A program made the position numbers and the translations under genes. The notes below the pieces were generated by a model. That model had not been told where the DNA came from, searched no databases, and worked only from the letters and a program-made list of their open reading frames with translations. Below are positions 1 through 10,000 of a DNA stretch of 64,000 bases, in pieces (position 1 is the first letter of the stretch; the number at the start of each line of letters is the position of its first letter). The stretch is taken from the sequence record MG592456.1; one strand, given 5' to 3'.

Positions 1-7
1 CACTTAT

Positions 8-712
8 GTGCTCGATTTTAAAGAATTCGACCCGAAATCTGAGGGAATTACATCAGTTGAAGACTTACCCGTCTTCCAACGCGGATGTGATTCAAGCTAC
101 ACATGGGCTAAGAAGTATTCACATCTTGCAATGAAAACTGAAATCTCTGACGTGTGCGAAATGATGCTCGATAAATTGCCGAATCGCAAATGGGGTAAAG
201 TGCATTGGGTTATCACGGGCGGTGAGCCGATGATGAATCAGCCTCAAATCGTAGCTATGATGGAATACTTCCAGTCAATTGGTAATATGCCCGCGGGTGT
301 GACAATAGAAACAAACGGCACTCAGCCTCTGAAAATGGATTGGTTGTATGTATTCCCAGAGCTGAATTTCAGTGTATCGTTCAAGCTGTTTAATGTCACA
401 GGTGAGTTGAACGAAAAGGCAATTAAGCCTGAAATTGTCAATTCATATGCTCAAGTGGGTAACGTGTGGTTAAAGCCAGTTGTCGTTGATACAGAAGCGT
501 GCTGGAATGAGCTTGATATGTTGCTTGCTCAATATACATCACAACGAAGACTCGGCAACGTTGACGTTTATGTGATGCCGTGTGGGGCGACTCAAGAAGA
601 ACAAGAGCAAGACGGTTACATGAAATCAATTGCTAACAAAGCATTGGCTCGTGGGTATAATGTTTCTGCACGTATGCATGTGTGGATTTACGGGAATGCA
701 GTCGGCACGTAG
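8..712 (+). CDS. queE: 7-carboxy-7-deazaguanine synthase QueE (radical SAM), 5' part lies outside the window
   Basis: RGCDSSYTW (end of the CxxxCxxC cluster motif), ITGGEPMM, TIETNGT, SxSFKL and the C-terminal RMHVWIYGN match QueE. The frame is open to the window edge. Confidence 0.8.
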   Translation: MLDFKEFDPKSEGITSVEDLPVFQRGCDSSYTWAKKYSHLAMKTEISDVCEMMLDKLPNRKWGKVHWVITGGEPMMNQPQIVAMMEYFQSIGNMPAGVTIETNGTQPLKMDWLYVFPELNFSVSFKLFNVTGELNEKAIKPEIVNSYAQVGNVWLKPVVVDTEACWNELDMLLAQYTSQRRLGNVDVYVMPCGATQEEQEQDGYMKSIANKALARGYNVSARMHVWIYGNAVGT

Positions 713-738
713 TGTGCCATTTTATAAGTGAGGGTTAA

Positions 739-990
739 ATGATTATATTTGGACACGTTGTTGGTATGTTAGGTATGATTCTGATCTGCCTAGCCTTCTG
801 GTTTGTCACAACCGAACGTTACGGGCCGAAGCACAACACATACTTGTGGACAAACATGACTGGTGCGATTCTGTTGACGATTAGCTTGCTAATCAACTTC
901 AATTTAGGTAGCTTTATGATTGAGTTATTCTGGATTTGGATCAGCGGCACCGCGTTGTGGAAGAACTACAGATTGAAAAAAACTTCATAA
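739..990 (+). CDS. small multi-pass membrane protein
   Basis: GAGG RBS upstream; three hydrophobic segments. Confidence 0.7.
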   Translation: MIIFGHVVGMLGMILICLAFWFVTTERYGPKHNTYLWTNMTGAILLTISLLINFNLGSFMIELFWIWISGTALWKNYRLKKTS

Positions 991-1058
991 AGTAGTTGAA
1001 GTAGTCATGAGTTCGTGTATAATTACACATGAATTCAATGACTACTACGGATAACATA

Positions 1059-1229
1059 ATGGCTAAATCTAAAAAATCGAAAAAGGTGAAAAAAGTCGCA
1101 GCGCCTAACTTCGTTGCTAAACACATGAACACTTTCAATCATGCTACAGTTGAGGATGACCGAAAGAAACAATCCAAACGCTTAACTAATCGCAAAATGA
1201 AACATAAAGGTAAGAAATATGAGTTTTGA
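1059..1229 (+). CDS. small Lys-rich hypothetical protein
   Basis: MAKSKK start; stop overlaps the next ORF. Confidence 0.55.
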   Translation: MAKSKKSKKVKKVAAPNFVAKHMNTFNHATVEDDRKKQSKRLTNRKMKHKGKKYEF

Positions 1230-1518
1230 TTTATTTTCAGGCATCCCGGGTGGCATTGCCAAGCCGAAGTTCATCCCTGAGTGTGATGATCATCAATTTT
1301 TCGATGATTGTCGAAAATTAGACTGGTTGTATTACTTCTCAGATGACGGTCGTGTTTTTAGCGCGGGTGAACGTGCAAAGTCTGCGCTGAAGCAACGAAT
1401 CTGTAATGAACGTCGTCATGCAATATTCACAGCGTGGGGTGATTACATGACTAGCGGTCGTGGGTTCATGCGTGAGCAACTACCACTTCCAAAGTGGGAA
1501 GACTTTAAAGATGCATAA
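1219..1518 (+). CDS. hypothetical protein
   Basis: 99-aa ORF in a tightly coupled operon. Confidence 0.7.
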   Translation: MSFDLFSGIPGGIAKPKFIPECDDHQFFDDCRKLDWLYYFSDDGRVFSAGERAKSALKQRICNERRHAIFTAWGDYMTSGRGFMREQLPLPKWEDFKDA

Positions 1519-1795
1519 AGATGTACTGGGAAACGTTATTGAAATGAAAGACATTGTTTTTCGTCTTTCAAAAGAGCGTTTGTGCGTCGAGCCTTGCATC
1601 GTTACGGGATTTACCCAGTACAAAGTTTTATTAAATGACGGTTTGCAGTGCGATCCAAATCGAATCGTTGTAGTGACTGAGCAAATTCAGCATAACAAGG
1701 TCGACAACTGGTCTAATATTTTAGAATTCAAATATAGACTAAACATAATACAGGGCAATATTCGCCTCAGAAAACAAAGTGAGCAAAACAAATGA
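1511..1795 (+). CDS. hypothetical protein
   Basis: ATG at 1511 overlaps the previous stop; ATGA-coupled to the next ORF. Confidence 0.65.
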   Translation: MHKDVLGNVIEMKDIVFRLSKERLCVEPCIVTGFTQYKVLLNDGLQCDPNRIVVVTEQIQHNKVDNWSNILEFKYRLNIIQGNIRLRKQSEQNK

Positions 1796-2064
1796 CATTT
1801 TTTAAGAAGCTACTAGCACTATTCTCAAGCAAGCCACGTGAAACGTCGGCAATCCTTGACGACATGAACGAACGCGCTGCGGAATTACGCGCCCGGGCAG
1901 TTCTAGATCAAGCCAAAGTTGATGAAAACATCGCTGAAGAAACTCGCATTCGCGAAGAACTTGAAGCGAAGGTGAAAGAACTTGAACACAAAAATTGTGC
2001 TCACAAAGCGTGTATCGCACATGCAAATCGCGTCGCAGAACGTTTCGACGAATTCGTTGCCTAA
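1792..2064 (+). CDS. coiled-coil hypothetical protein
   Basis: heptad-like A/E/L-rich sequence, followed by a terminator. Confidence 0.7.
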   Translation: MTFFKKLLALFSSKPRETSAILDDMNERAAELRARAVLDQAKVDENIAEETRIREELEAKVKELEHKNCAHKACIAHANRVAERFDEFVA

Positions 2065-2093
2065 TGTAACGAATATCGCATATTAAGTTGTAA

Positions 2094-2121
2094 AAGCCTC
2101 GACTAGATTCGAGGCTTTTTT
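2094..2121 (+). terminator. intrinsic terminator
   Basis: AAGCCTCGA-loop-TCGAGGCTT followed by a T tract. Confidence 0.8.
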
Positions 2122-2156
2122 AGGTCTGTACTAAATATAGTAAACAAGGGGTACAC

Positions 2157-3284
2157 ATGAAAAACTTAAATCAATTTATGGAAGAACTTCAATTAAATGA
2201 AGTTCACGTTCGTGGTGCTAAACCGCGCAACGGGTCAAAAGTTCTTGCTAATGGTAAGAACATTTGGGTGTGGAATAACGCCCGCGAATTTCAACGACTT
2301 GCTCCGTTCATCAACCGAGAACTTGGTACTGATTTCGAAGAAGAATACGACGTTGATGACTGGTACGAAGAGGGTGCTCAAGCGGTATATGGTGAAGTTG
2401 AAAACAACAAGCTCACTCTGAACGGGTCTAGCGCATACAGACCGTCGAATACATCAGATACATTCAGAAAAACAATCAAAGCATTGAACTTGAATGGATC
2501 AAGTCGCCGAAGTCAGTCATATGACGCGAATAGCGGCGATGAAGTCGAAAACGATTTTGAAACAAGTCGATATGAGTTCAATCAAAAGCTAAGTCAAAAA
2601 CGTTTTTATCACGGGACGTCATCGAAGTATATTGAACAGACATTGAAGATGGGCTTGCGTCCATCACCCGATAAAACTCAGTTCAATGATATTGAGCACC
2701 AAGACAAAGTCTTCATTACGACTGAACTTGAAAAGGCGATGTTTCACGCGACAACCGCAGCCGAAAATACAGGTACGTTCCCTCTGATTCTTGAACTTGA
2801 ATTGCCAGATGCAGCAAAACTTGTTTCGGATTACGACGTTGTTATTGATACCATGGGTGCTGATTCTGAAGAAGCTCAAGCACTAGGCTACGATGATATT
2901 TTCTATCACGCGACTCGAAACGGGAATCACGGTAATGGTCAAAAATATGACGACATGCAGAAGAGATTCGGCAAGCGTCTTGGGCAATTGTCAACTAAAT
3001 TAGGTATATTTGGTTACAAAGGTCGAATCCCAGCAACGTTTTTCACCAAAGTGCTTGCAGATAATGACGCGATGGAAGATTCCATGCCGGATTATTACTT
3101 CAACACTAACAACGAAGAACTTGACTTCGACGAATTCGAAAAAGGTGAGGCAGCGGGGTTACGCTCGTATGATTACTGGAATGAAAATCGACCGAAAGAT
3201 TTCGTGCAAGATATAAAAGACATCTACAGCAACGTCTACGACGAATTCCAAGAGGAAGACGAAGAAGACGACTGGGACGACTAA
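2157..3284 (+). CDS. ADP-ribosyltransferase-fold protein with an internal-head-protein-like N-terminus
   Basis: FYHGTS...GLRP...KVFITT motif (HYx-type ART / KptA-like fold); N-terminus MKNLNQFMEELQLNE resembles the T4 capsid-targeting sequence; late-promoter-like CTAAATA upstream. Confidence 0.6.
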   Translation: MKNLNQFMEELQLNEVHVRGAKPRNGSKVLANGKNIWVWNNAREFQRLAPFINRELGTDFEEEYDVDDWYEEGAQAVYGEVENNKLTLNGSSAYRPSNTSDTFRKTIKALNLNGSSRRSQSYDANSGDEVENDFETSRYEFNQKLSQKRFYHGTSSKYIEQTLKMGLRPSPDKTQFNDIEHQDKVFITTELEKAMFHATTAAENTGTFPLILELELPDAAKLVSDYDVVIDTMGADSEEAQALGYDDIFYHATRNGNHGNGQKYDDMQKRFGKRLGQLSTKLGIFGYKGRIPATFFTKVLADNDAMEDSMPDYYFNTNNEELDFDEFEKGEAAGLRSYDYWNENRPKDFVQDIKDIYSNVYDEFQEEDEEDDWDD

Positions 3285-3327
3285 ATAACAGGGAGCACTT
3301 TTGCTCCCTTTTTTAGGACTCAAAATC

Positions 3328-3810
3328 ATGTATAAATGCAAACATTTTAAAATTCAAGAAATCGTAACGCCACAAATGTACGCTGCATGGGGTGATCGGT
3401 GCTGGTCATTGTTCGACGAGCGCTTGCTAATCACGCTAGACGCGCTCAGAGAACGATTCGGTTCATGTACTATCAATGACTGGATGTGGGGCGGAAACTT
3501 CAAATACAGCGGTATGAGAGACGAACACTTCTATAGTTCAGTTCAGGCGTATCTGAATTCTCGCTCACAGCACAAATATGGTCGGGCAGCAGATTGTAAA
3601 TTTTCAGCAATCGTTGCCGCCGAAGTGCGTGCATACATCCTAGAGAACCCATCTGAATTCCCACATGTCAAGTTCATTGAAACGGGACCGTTGGCGAATG
3701 GCAAGACAATGACATGGGTTCACATCGACGTACGCAATGGAGATGTGACATGCTGGTCGCCGGTTGAAGGTGTTATCTCTGCATCTGAAGTAATTCGCAG
3801 AAAACTTTAG
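3328..3810 (+). CDS. peptidase M15 family cell-wall hydrolase (endolysin candidate)
   Basis: SQHKYGRAAD (HxxxxxxD) and WVHID zinc-ligand motifs. Confidence 0.8.
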   Translation: MYKCKHFKIQEIVTPQMYAAWGDRCWSLFDERLLITLDALRERFGSCTINDWMWGGNFKYSGMRDEHFYSSVQAYLNSRSQHKYGRAADCKFSAIVAAEVRAYILENPSEFPHVKFIETGPLANGKTMTWVHIDVRNGDVTCWSPVEGVISASEVIRRKL

Positions 3811-3872
3811 TTTAGAACAGTTGTTTTTGACGCTATTATATATCCGTACTCACACAATAAAAGGTCTAATAT

Positions 3873-4583
3873 ATGGGCAAGAAAAAGCTTACTGGCGACG
3901 CAACAACATTCCGTCACGTCGAACTCATGACGCAGAATCAAGAAACGTATGCAACTGCATTGAAAGCGGCGGTTCAGCCTGACGGTAGCGATGCATTCGT
4001 ATTTGCGATTGGGTCAGCCGGTACGGGTAAAACGTGGTTGGCGACAACACTGGGTGCGGATATGTATTCTGCATTCGATTATACTCAGTTTATCATTATC
4101 AAGCCAACGATTTCATGTGGTGAAGATGTGGGGTTCTTACCGGGTACGCTTGAAGAAAAGATGGCACCTTGGATTCAAACAGTTGTTCAGCCGCTGAAGG
4201 ATCGATTGGGCACTGACAAATTCGAATGTGATTGGAATAAACGTATTCATGCTGAGCCGGTTCAATTCGTTCGTGGTAAGACATTTGATAATTGTTTTAT
4301 TGTTGTTGATGAAGCGCAGAACTTAACAAAAACTGAAGTTCAGACTATTATGACTCGTATCGGTAAAAATACGAAGATGGTATTTTGTGGTGACTTGAAG
4401 CAAAACGATCACAAGATGATTTACCGAACAGGTCAGAAAGAACTCAGTGGGCTTGCATGGGTAGTCAATGAAATTCGCACGCAACGTCGTCCGGGTATTG
4501 AAATCATCGAATTCACTAGTAAAGATGTTGTACGTTCTGGTGCGTGTAAGATGGCGCTTGAAATTTTTGAGGCGGCTCAGTAA
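3873..4583 (+). CDS. phoH: PhoH-family ATPase
   Basis: GSAGTGKT Walker A, GFLPGTLEEKM, RGKTF, VDEAQN, GDLKQ. Confidence 0.95.
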   Translation: MGKKKLTGDATTFRHVELMTQNQETYATALKAAVQPDGSDAFVFAIGSAGTGKTWLATTLGADMYSAFDYTQFIIIKPTISCGEDVGFLPGTLEEKMAPWIQTVVQPLKDRLGTDKFECDWNKRIHAEPVQFVRGKTFDNCFIVVDEAQNLTKTEVQTIMTRIGKNTKMVFCGDLKQNDHKMIYRTGQKELSGLAWVVNEIRTQRRPGIEIIEFTSKDVVRSGACKMALEIFEAAQ

Positions 4584-4894
4584 TGGCTAAATTAATCGAA
4601 AATAAAACAGTCAAGATCACAGATGTCGGCAACTTCAATCTCGTTGTGAAATTCTGGTATGAAGATGAAGACGACACGACGTGTGATACCGAAATGACTC
4701 TCGATGTCGGTGATATCGTCAATTTGAAAGTGTTTGAAGACCCGACAGTCCCGGGTGGGGTGTATTCGAGAGTTTTAAAAACGACGAAGCAATACACAAC
4801 CACGCTCGGTAATGTTGTACAAGATCGAACCTCGAAAGACTACGTGATGAAAAACGATAAGCATCGAATACAGTTCACGACTGCAATACGATGA
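4583..4894 (+). CDS. hypothetical protein
   Basis: TAATG-coupled to phoH; terminator follows. Confidence 0.7.
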   Translation: MAKLIENKTVKITDVGNFNLVVKFWYEDEDDTTCDTEMTLDVGDIVNLKVFEDPTVPGGVYSRVLKTTKQYTTTLGNVVQDRTSKDYVMKNDKHRIQFTTAIR

Positions 4895-5047
4895 AAAGAG
4901 GCCCCGATTTAGGGGCTTTTTTGTATATAATCGAGGGACATCGTGTTACTATTTTTTGATAGGGGGTGATAATGAAAGTAAATCAACCAGTCAAAACACG
5001 ATGTTCAAGTCACATCGCTGAACAACTACAGCACGCCGAGGCGATTA

Positions 5048-5776
5048 ATGAACAGAACGGAAATCATAATTCCTACAACGCAGGTTAGGAACGCAGGTTA
5101 TGAATTCGAAGTCATCGACACCAACAGATTAGACCATTTCCACGTACGCTGCGTAACAAACACGCTATATGATAACAACATAAAAGGATCACAATTAGAC
5201 GGATATCGTGTTGAGATCACATTAATGGATGCCGAATCACTTATCTTCTTGAACTCGATGAATCTCTATGCTAACTTCACGGAATCAAATAGAGCTAACA
5301 ACGGAATGAAACGTATCAAATCGGCTAGATTTGATAATCATCTGTATTATTCGGAGCAAGAATCATGGTTTAAATCAATACTAAAACAAAATAAAATCCA
5401 AGTTACATACCCTGACGGAGTGAGTCGTGCGAAGCTGCCGACGTATTATACGTGTGGCTTACGACTATCAAACGTTAGGAGATCCGCAGACAAAGCCTGT
5501 GGAATGCTATTGTTAGACGAGAATAAAAAGCCGAAAATATACGCATTTGCAATCGGTAAGCTCCGATATGTGATTTCCGCGTATGACAAGAAATTAAATC
5601 AGAATTGTCCTGCTCAAATTGGGCGAAAAACAGTTGACGTGATTGAATGTATTGATTACAATGATGAAGACGATTGGTCTGACGAACATGACCTAGAGAA
5701 CGCGCATCAGAATATGACAATCCCGGACGTCTCTGATTTGGACAAAGTATTAATGTCGCTCGACGACGAATTATGA
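5048..5776 (+). CDS. hypothetical protein
   Basis: 242-aa ORF with GAGG RBS. Confidence 0.75.
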   Translation: MNRTEIIIPTTQVRNAGYEFEVIDTNRLDHFHVRCVTNTLYDNNIKGSQLDGYRVEITLMDAESLIFLNSMNLYANFTESNRANNGMKRIKSARFDNHLYYSEQESWFKSILKQNKIQVTYPDGVSRAKLPTYYTCGLRLSNVRRSADKACGMLLLDENKKPKIYAFAIGKLRYVISAYDKKLNQNCPAQIGRKTVDVIECIDYNDEDDWSDEHDLENAHQNMTIPDVSDLDKVLMSLDDEL

Positions 5777-5785
5777 GACTTTATA

Positions 5786-6070
5786 ATGATTGAATCAAAA
5801 AACACTACAAATGAAATTGCTCTTGAAATTGCCGCTTTCGCATCACTTTTAGTAAAACTCGGCTTCGATGAATGTGTTGAAAATCAGAAATTATTTGTGG
5901 AAATGTGTAACGAAACGGGAATTAGAACATCAACAGGCAAAGAATTCACGCAGATGTCATTTAGACAAATGTTTGCCAGACTCCCCGCTAAAACAGCGCG
6001 TGAAGTTCGTGAAATATTTTCGTGGGGTGTTGATCACCAAAACGAATCAATATTAGAAACCATAAATTAA
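5786..6070 (+). CDS. asiA: anti-sigma70 factor AsiA
   Basis: EIAAFASLLVK..VEN..F...NE.G....SFR aligns by eye with T4 AsiA (EIITVASILIK..VEN..F..NEIG...SFR); converges on the holin-position gene as in T4. Confidence 0.8.
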   Translation: MIESKNTTNEIALEIAAFASLLVKLGFDECVENQKLFVEMCNETGIRTSTGKEFTQMSFRQMFARLPAKTAREVREIFSWGVDHQNESILETIN

Positions 6071-6078
6071 GGAATCAC

Positions 6079-6390
6079 ATGGAATTTGGAGATTTTGGAT
6101 ACGCATTGAGTCACCTTAGAAAAGGTACTCGATTAGGTAGAAAAGGGTGGGAAAGTTCATTACACGGACCTATGTTCATCGTACTGATGCCAGAGTTATA
6201 TCTACCTGCATTCAACACACAAGACACGTTTATAAAGGTGAATGATCGAACGGCAAAACATATCGGTGAAGACACTGCACTTGACAGTCAGCCATACATC
6301 GCAATGTTCACAGTCGATGGGAAATGGCAACCGGGATTTATCCCATCAATTGCAGATATACTAGCACACGACTGGTATATCCTCGAATAA
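6079..6390 (+). CDS. DUF2829 protein, Tad2-like cyclic-nucleotide sponge candidate
   Basis: FGYAL..LRKG.RLGRKGW ... PYIAM...G.WQP..PS.ADILA.DW pattern of DUF2829. Confidence 0.75.
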   Translation: MEFGDFGYALSHLRKGTRLGRKGWESSLHGPMFIVLMPELYLPAFNTQDTFIKVNDRTAKHIGEDTALDSQPYIAMFTVDGKWQPGFIPSIADILAHDWYILE

Positions 6391-6397
6391 CGCCCAC

Positions 6398-6429
6398 AAA
6401 AAAGGGAACACTTTAGATGTTCCCTTTTT
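6398..6429. terminator. bidirectional intrinsic terminator
   Basis: A6-GGGAACA-loop-TGTTCCC-T5 between convergent genes. Confidence 0.85.
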
Positions 6430-6438
6430 AATTCGGTC

Positions 6439-7014
6439 TTATTGGTTCCCGCTTCTAGCTGAAAGTTTGTCTACTTTCGCGTCGAGTCGATCAACTCTAT
6501 CAATCAAATGTCTACCATCCGCGCCAGTGAATTTATCTTCACCTTCATCGTGTCTGATATGCATTTCCACTCTAGCTAAATCACTCATCACTTCAGAATA
6601 TCGTTCGTTACTCAAATCGAGTTTCACCCCAAGCTCTCGCTGAGACTTCTTTAGGTCATCATACGAAACCATAAGATTCGAGTCGCCTACATCTGAAGAG
6701 ACTTGCAACGCAGTGAGATTGGCTTCAAGTCGCCCGTACTGCTTCAGCATTTCATCTTGTTTCATTACCATCAGAGAATTAGAACCCTCTAGTGAAATAA
6801 GCTGCTGTGCTTGCGTAGCACCAGTCAATTTAATGGCTGTGATCTCTTGCATTATCATGGTGTTTTGTTCAACGACGGACTTCCCTTGCTCTTGCACAAC
6901 CTGCAAAGCCTCACGCATCCCGCCGTAATTTGTTGCTACACTCATTGATGATATAGCCAGAGGAATAAGAATTGTACCCACGACGGCTAATGCTATCTGC
7001 CATAGTTTTGTCAT
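6439..7014 (-). CDS. single-TM coiled-coil protein at the T4 holin (t) locus
   Basis: N-terminal hydrophobic helix then coiled coil; TATAAATA late promoter at 7065-7072; lies between the distal tail fibre gene and asiA. Confidence 0.55.
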   Translation of the reverse strand: MTKLWQIALAVVGTILIPLAISSMSVATNYGGMREALQVVQEQGKSVVEQNTMIMQEITAIKLTGATQAQQLISLEGSNSLMVMKQDEMLKQYGRLEANLTALQVSSDVGDSNLMVSYDDLKKSQRELGVKLDLSNERYSEVMSDLARVEMHIRHDEGEDKFTGADGRHLIDRVDRLDAKVDKLSARSGNQ

Positions 7015-7064
7015 AGTATTGGTCCTATGAAGTTAGGTGATTATTTCTTATCTCTGCTCAGTAG

Positions 7065-7072
7065 TATTTATA
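7065..7072 (-). promoter_or_regulatory. T4-type late promoter TATAAATA
   Basis: exact consensus upstream of 6439-7014. Confidence 0.75.
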
Positions 7073-10000
7073 AACGAAAAATTCTCTTCCACCAAGGGCG
7101 TCTAAGCTCTTGTACGTCGCTCTGAAGAGACTTAATCATTTCTTGCTGCTCTTTGACACCTTCGATCAATAAACCCACGAGATTGCCGTATGCGACTGAA
7201 TAATGCCCATCTGGGTCGGCTTCAGTCGGGCCACCGGTCACTGCCTCGGGTAAAATCTCAAGAATCTCTTGAGCAATCACCCCAGTTTGACGACTTGTCG
7301 GGTTGTGAGCATCAGGGATAACCTCTGGGCTCATGTCAGTACGAGTATACGTATATCCACTCACTCGACAAATTTTATCAAGACTGTTACTGATTGGCTT
7401 GATGTCGGTCTTAACGCGAATATCGGAATATGCAGTTACGTTACCACTAGTCCACAATCCATCACCCATTGCCGATTTACCTGAGCCATTAGCACAGAAA
7501 ACGACTTGATGTCCACCAGCCATTGAGCCGCCAGTGCCGTTGTTAGTGTGCTTGTAAGCAAGGCCATAGAGATTGCCGAAGTTCGACCCATCTGCCAAGA
7601 TAGCGTAGCTGTTGCCCATCGACCAGATATGCCCAACTTTGGTAGAGTCATAAATGCCGTACATACCCGCTCTGCGATAACTTGTGCTATTCGCTCTAAT
7701 CTTGCCGTCACTATCAACTGTTAGACGATTGCCTAGTGCCGTAACAGTGTGGCCACTATGGTTGTGTGAGTTATCCCCAACAACTGCGCTGATTGACACA
7801 TTCGCAGAGCCATTGAATGAAACCGAGCCAGTAACGTCGCCTGTTAAGGAGATAGTTCTTGCTGTGGTTAACTTAGCAGCACTAGAGGCAGTAGAAGCAT
7901 TGCCGCTCAATGACGCCGTAATAGTTGTGCCTGAAAACTGAATGTAATTAGCGTTATTCGTGTACCAACGTTGGGTACCGCCAGTGCCACCCAACGTTTG
8001 CAGCTTAAAGCCATTATCAGTATTAACGCGCAAGATATTGTAAGCGCTGCCACTAGATGTAGCGTTCACAAGCAAGCCGCCATGACTGTTATGATCCCAA
8101 CTGCTGCCAATAGGGGTGTGCGAATAGAAGTAATCCCCCGCAGATTGAGCCGTGGCATACAAGTTTCCCGCTCTAAGCGTGTTTGTTGAGCCTTGGATCT
8201 CTACACCTGTTGACGAATACAGCGTATCGCCAGAATGCCACACAACATCATAGTAAGTGGAAGACGCATTAGATCCATTTACATCAACCGTATCAGCCCA
8301 AGTAGCTGTAGAAGCATTACCAGCTAGAGCCCCATTAAAAGTAGTAGCCCACATAGAAGTGAATTTCCATGAACTAGTACCAATCGCGCCAACACCATTA
8401 GATTGTGGTAAAAATCCAGATGATGGAGCTCGCAACCATGTACCTTGAGTCGGCAATACCTGATCATAAGAACCAGACGTTGACAGCCATGCGAATTGCG
8501 TTGCTTGCCTGCCATCTAGCAAGTCTGCATCTAAGCCAGATCCACTACCATCGTTCCCCGCGCTGTAAACTCTATTGCCCCCGTCATAAAGACCAGCGTT
8601 TGCGTTAATCGCTCCACTGGCGTTAATCGCTCCGCTAGTCAATGTGTTTGTTGCGAAATTCTGACTGCCACTACCTGCTTTATATGCAAATCTCGCATTG
8701 CTTTCAGTTTCAGTGAAATAACGCCCATCGTGAGTATGCGAGTCATTAGCCACAGTCGTGCTAATCGTAACCGTTTTATTACCAGATCCGTCGACTGACA
8801 TGCTTGCAGATCCAGTAACATCGCCTGTTAAAGTCGTTGTTAACGTTCTTGCAGTTGTCCATTTATCTGCATTCGGGTGATAATTGTCCGCAAACACGCG
8901 CTGATTGCTGTTGGCATACATGTTGCCGGCAGCGTATGTATTGCCTGTATGCCCGAGAACCCAAAACGATCTTTTGTTAATGACATGTCCACTGGTGGCA
9001 GAACCCGTGCTTGATAATACGTTGAAACTATCGTTGGAATCATTGGCATAAATGACATTATAAATGTGACCATTTTCAGTGCTGTCAAATATTGCACCCC
9101 CAGCAGTGCCTGGAACTAAACTACTATAACTGCCCGTTTTATATGACGTGTTGACAGTAACCGTTTTGTTCGCAGACCCGTCGACTGACATGCTAGCTGT
9201 ACCTGTAACATCACCAGTTAAAGTCGTCGTTAACGTTCTTGCAGTTGTCCATTTATCTGCATTCGGGTGATATCCCTCATTGAATAGACGATACCACCTC
9301 TGCCACTTGCCCGCACCATTAGGAGAGCTGGGGTTATCAGAGGCACCTCGTATATAAAACGAATTGTCGGACGAACTATACGACGATGAGATCTGCAATC
9401 CCTTTTGACTATCCTGAGACACCGAGAAAATATAAGAATACTGTACAGGATCATTAGTGCCCGGAGGGTTTCCAACCGTATAGTGTCGTAGTCGATTCCC
9501 CCCTGGACCATCCGGAGTCGACCCTCCGAGTTCGATGCCAATCCCCCCGTTAAATAAATTTAGACCAGTCCATGTGTTATTGCCGGTTAGTGGCCCATAT
9601 CGAGTGTCATGAGTATGCGAGTCATTAGCAACAGTCGTGTTGACAGTAACCGTTTTATTACCAGACCCATCAACGCTCATGCTTGCAGAACCCGATACGT
9701 CACCGGTTAAAGTCGTTGTTAAAGTTCTAGCAGTCGTCCATTTATCCGCATTCGGATGATATGCATCATGAAATACGTTATTGCCGTTGTATGTAATCGC
9801 TGACGACGCTACTCTGAATGTGCCACCCGACGTCCCAACATGAAATTCCCCATCAGTTCTTACTAATGAACTACCGAAATACACCCCGCTAGTGTGCGTG
9901 TTCTGATCGTTTATTCGCAACCATGAATCCGTCGAACGAATAGCGATCTTTGATTTCATTGAAAAATTGTCAACTGACGAATTCAACGTCGACGAATCCA

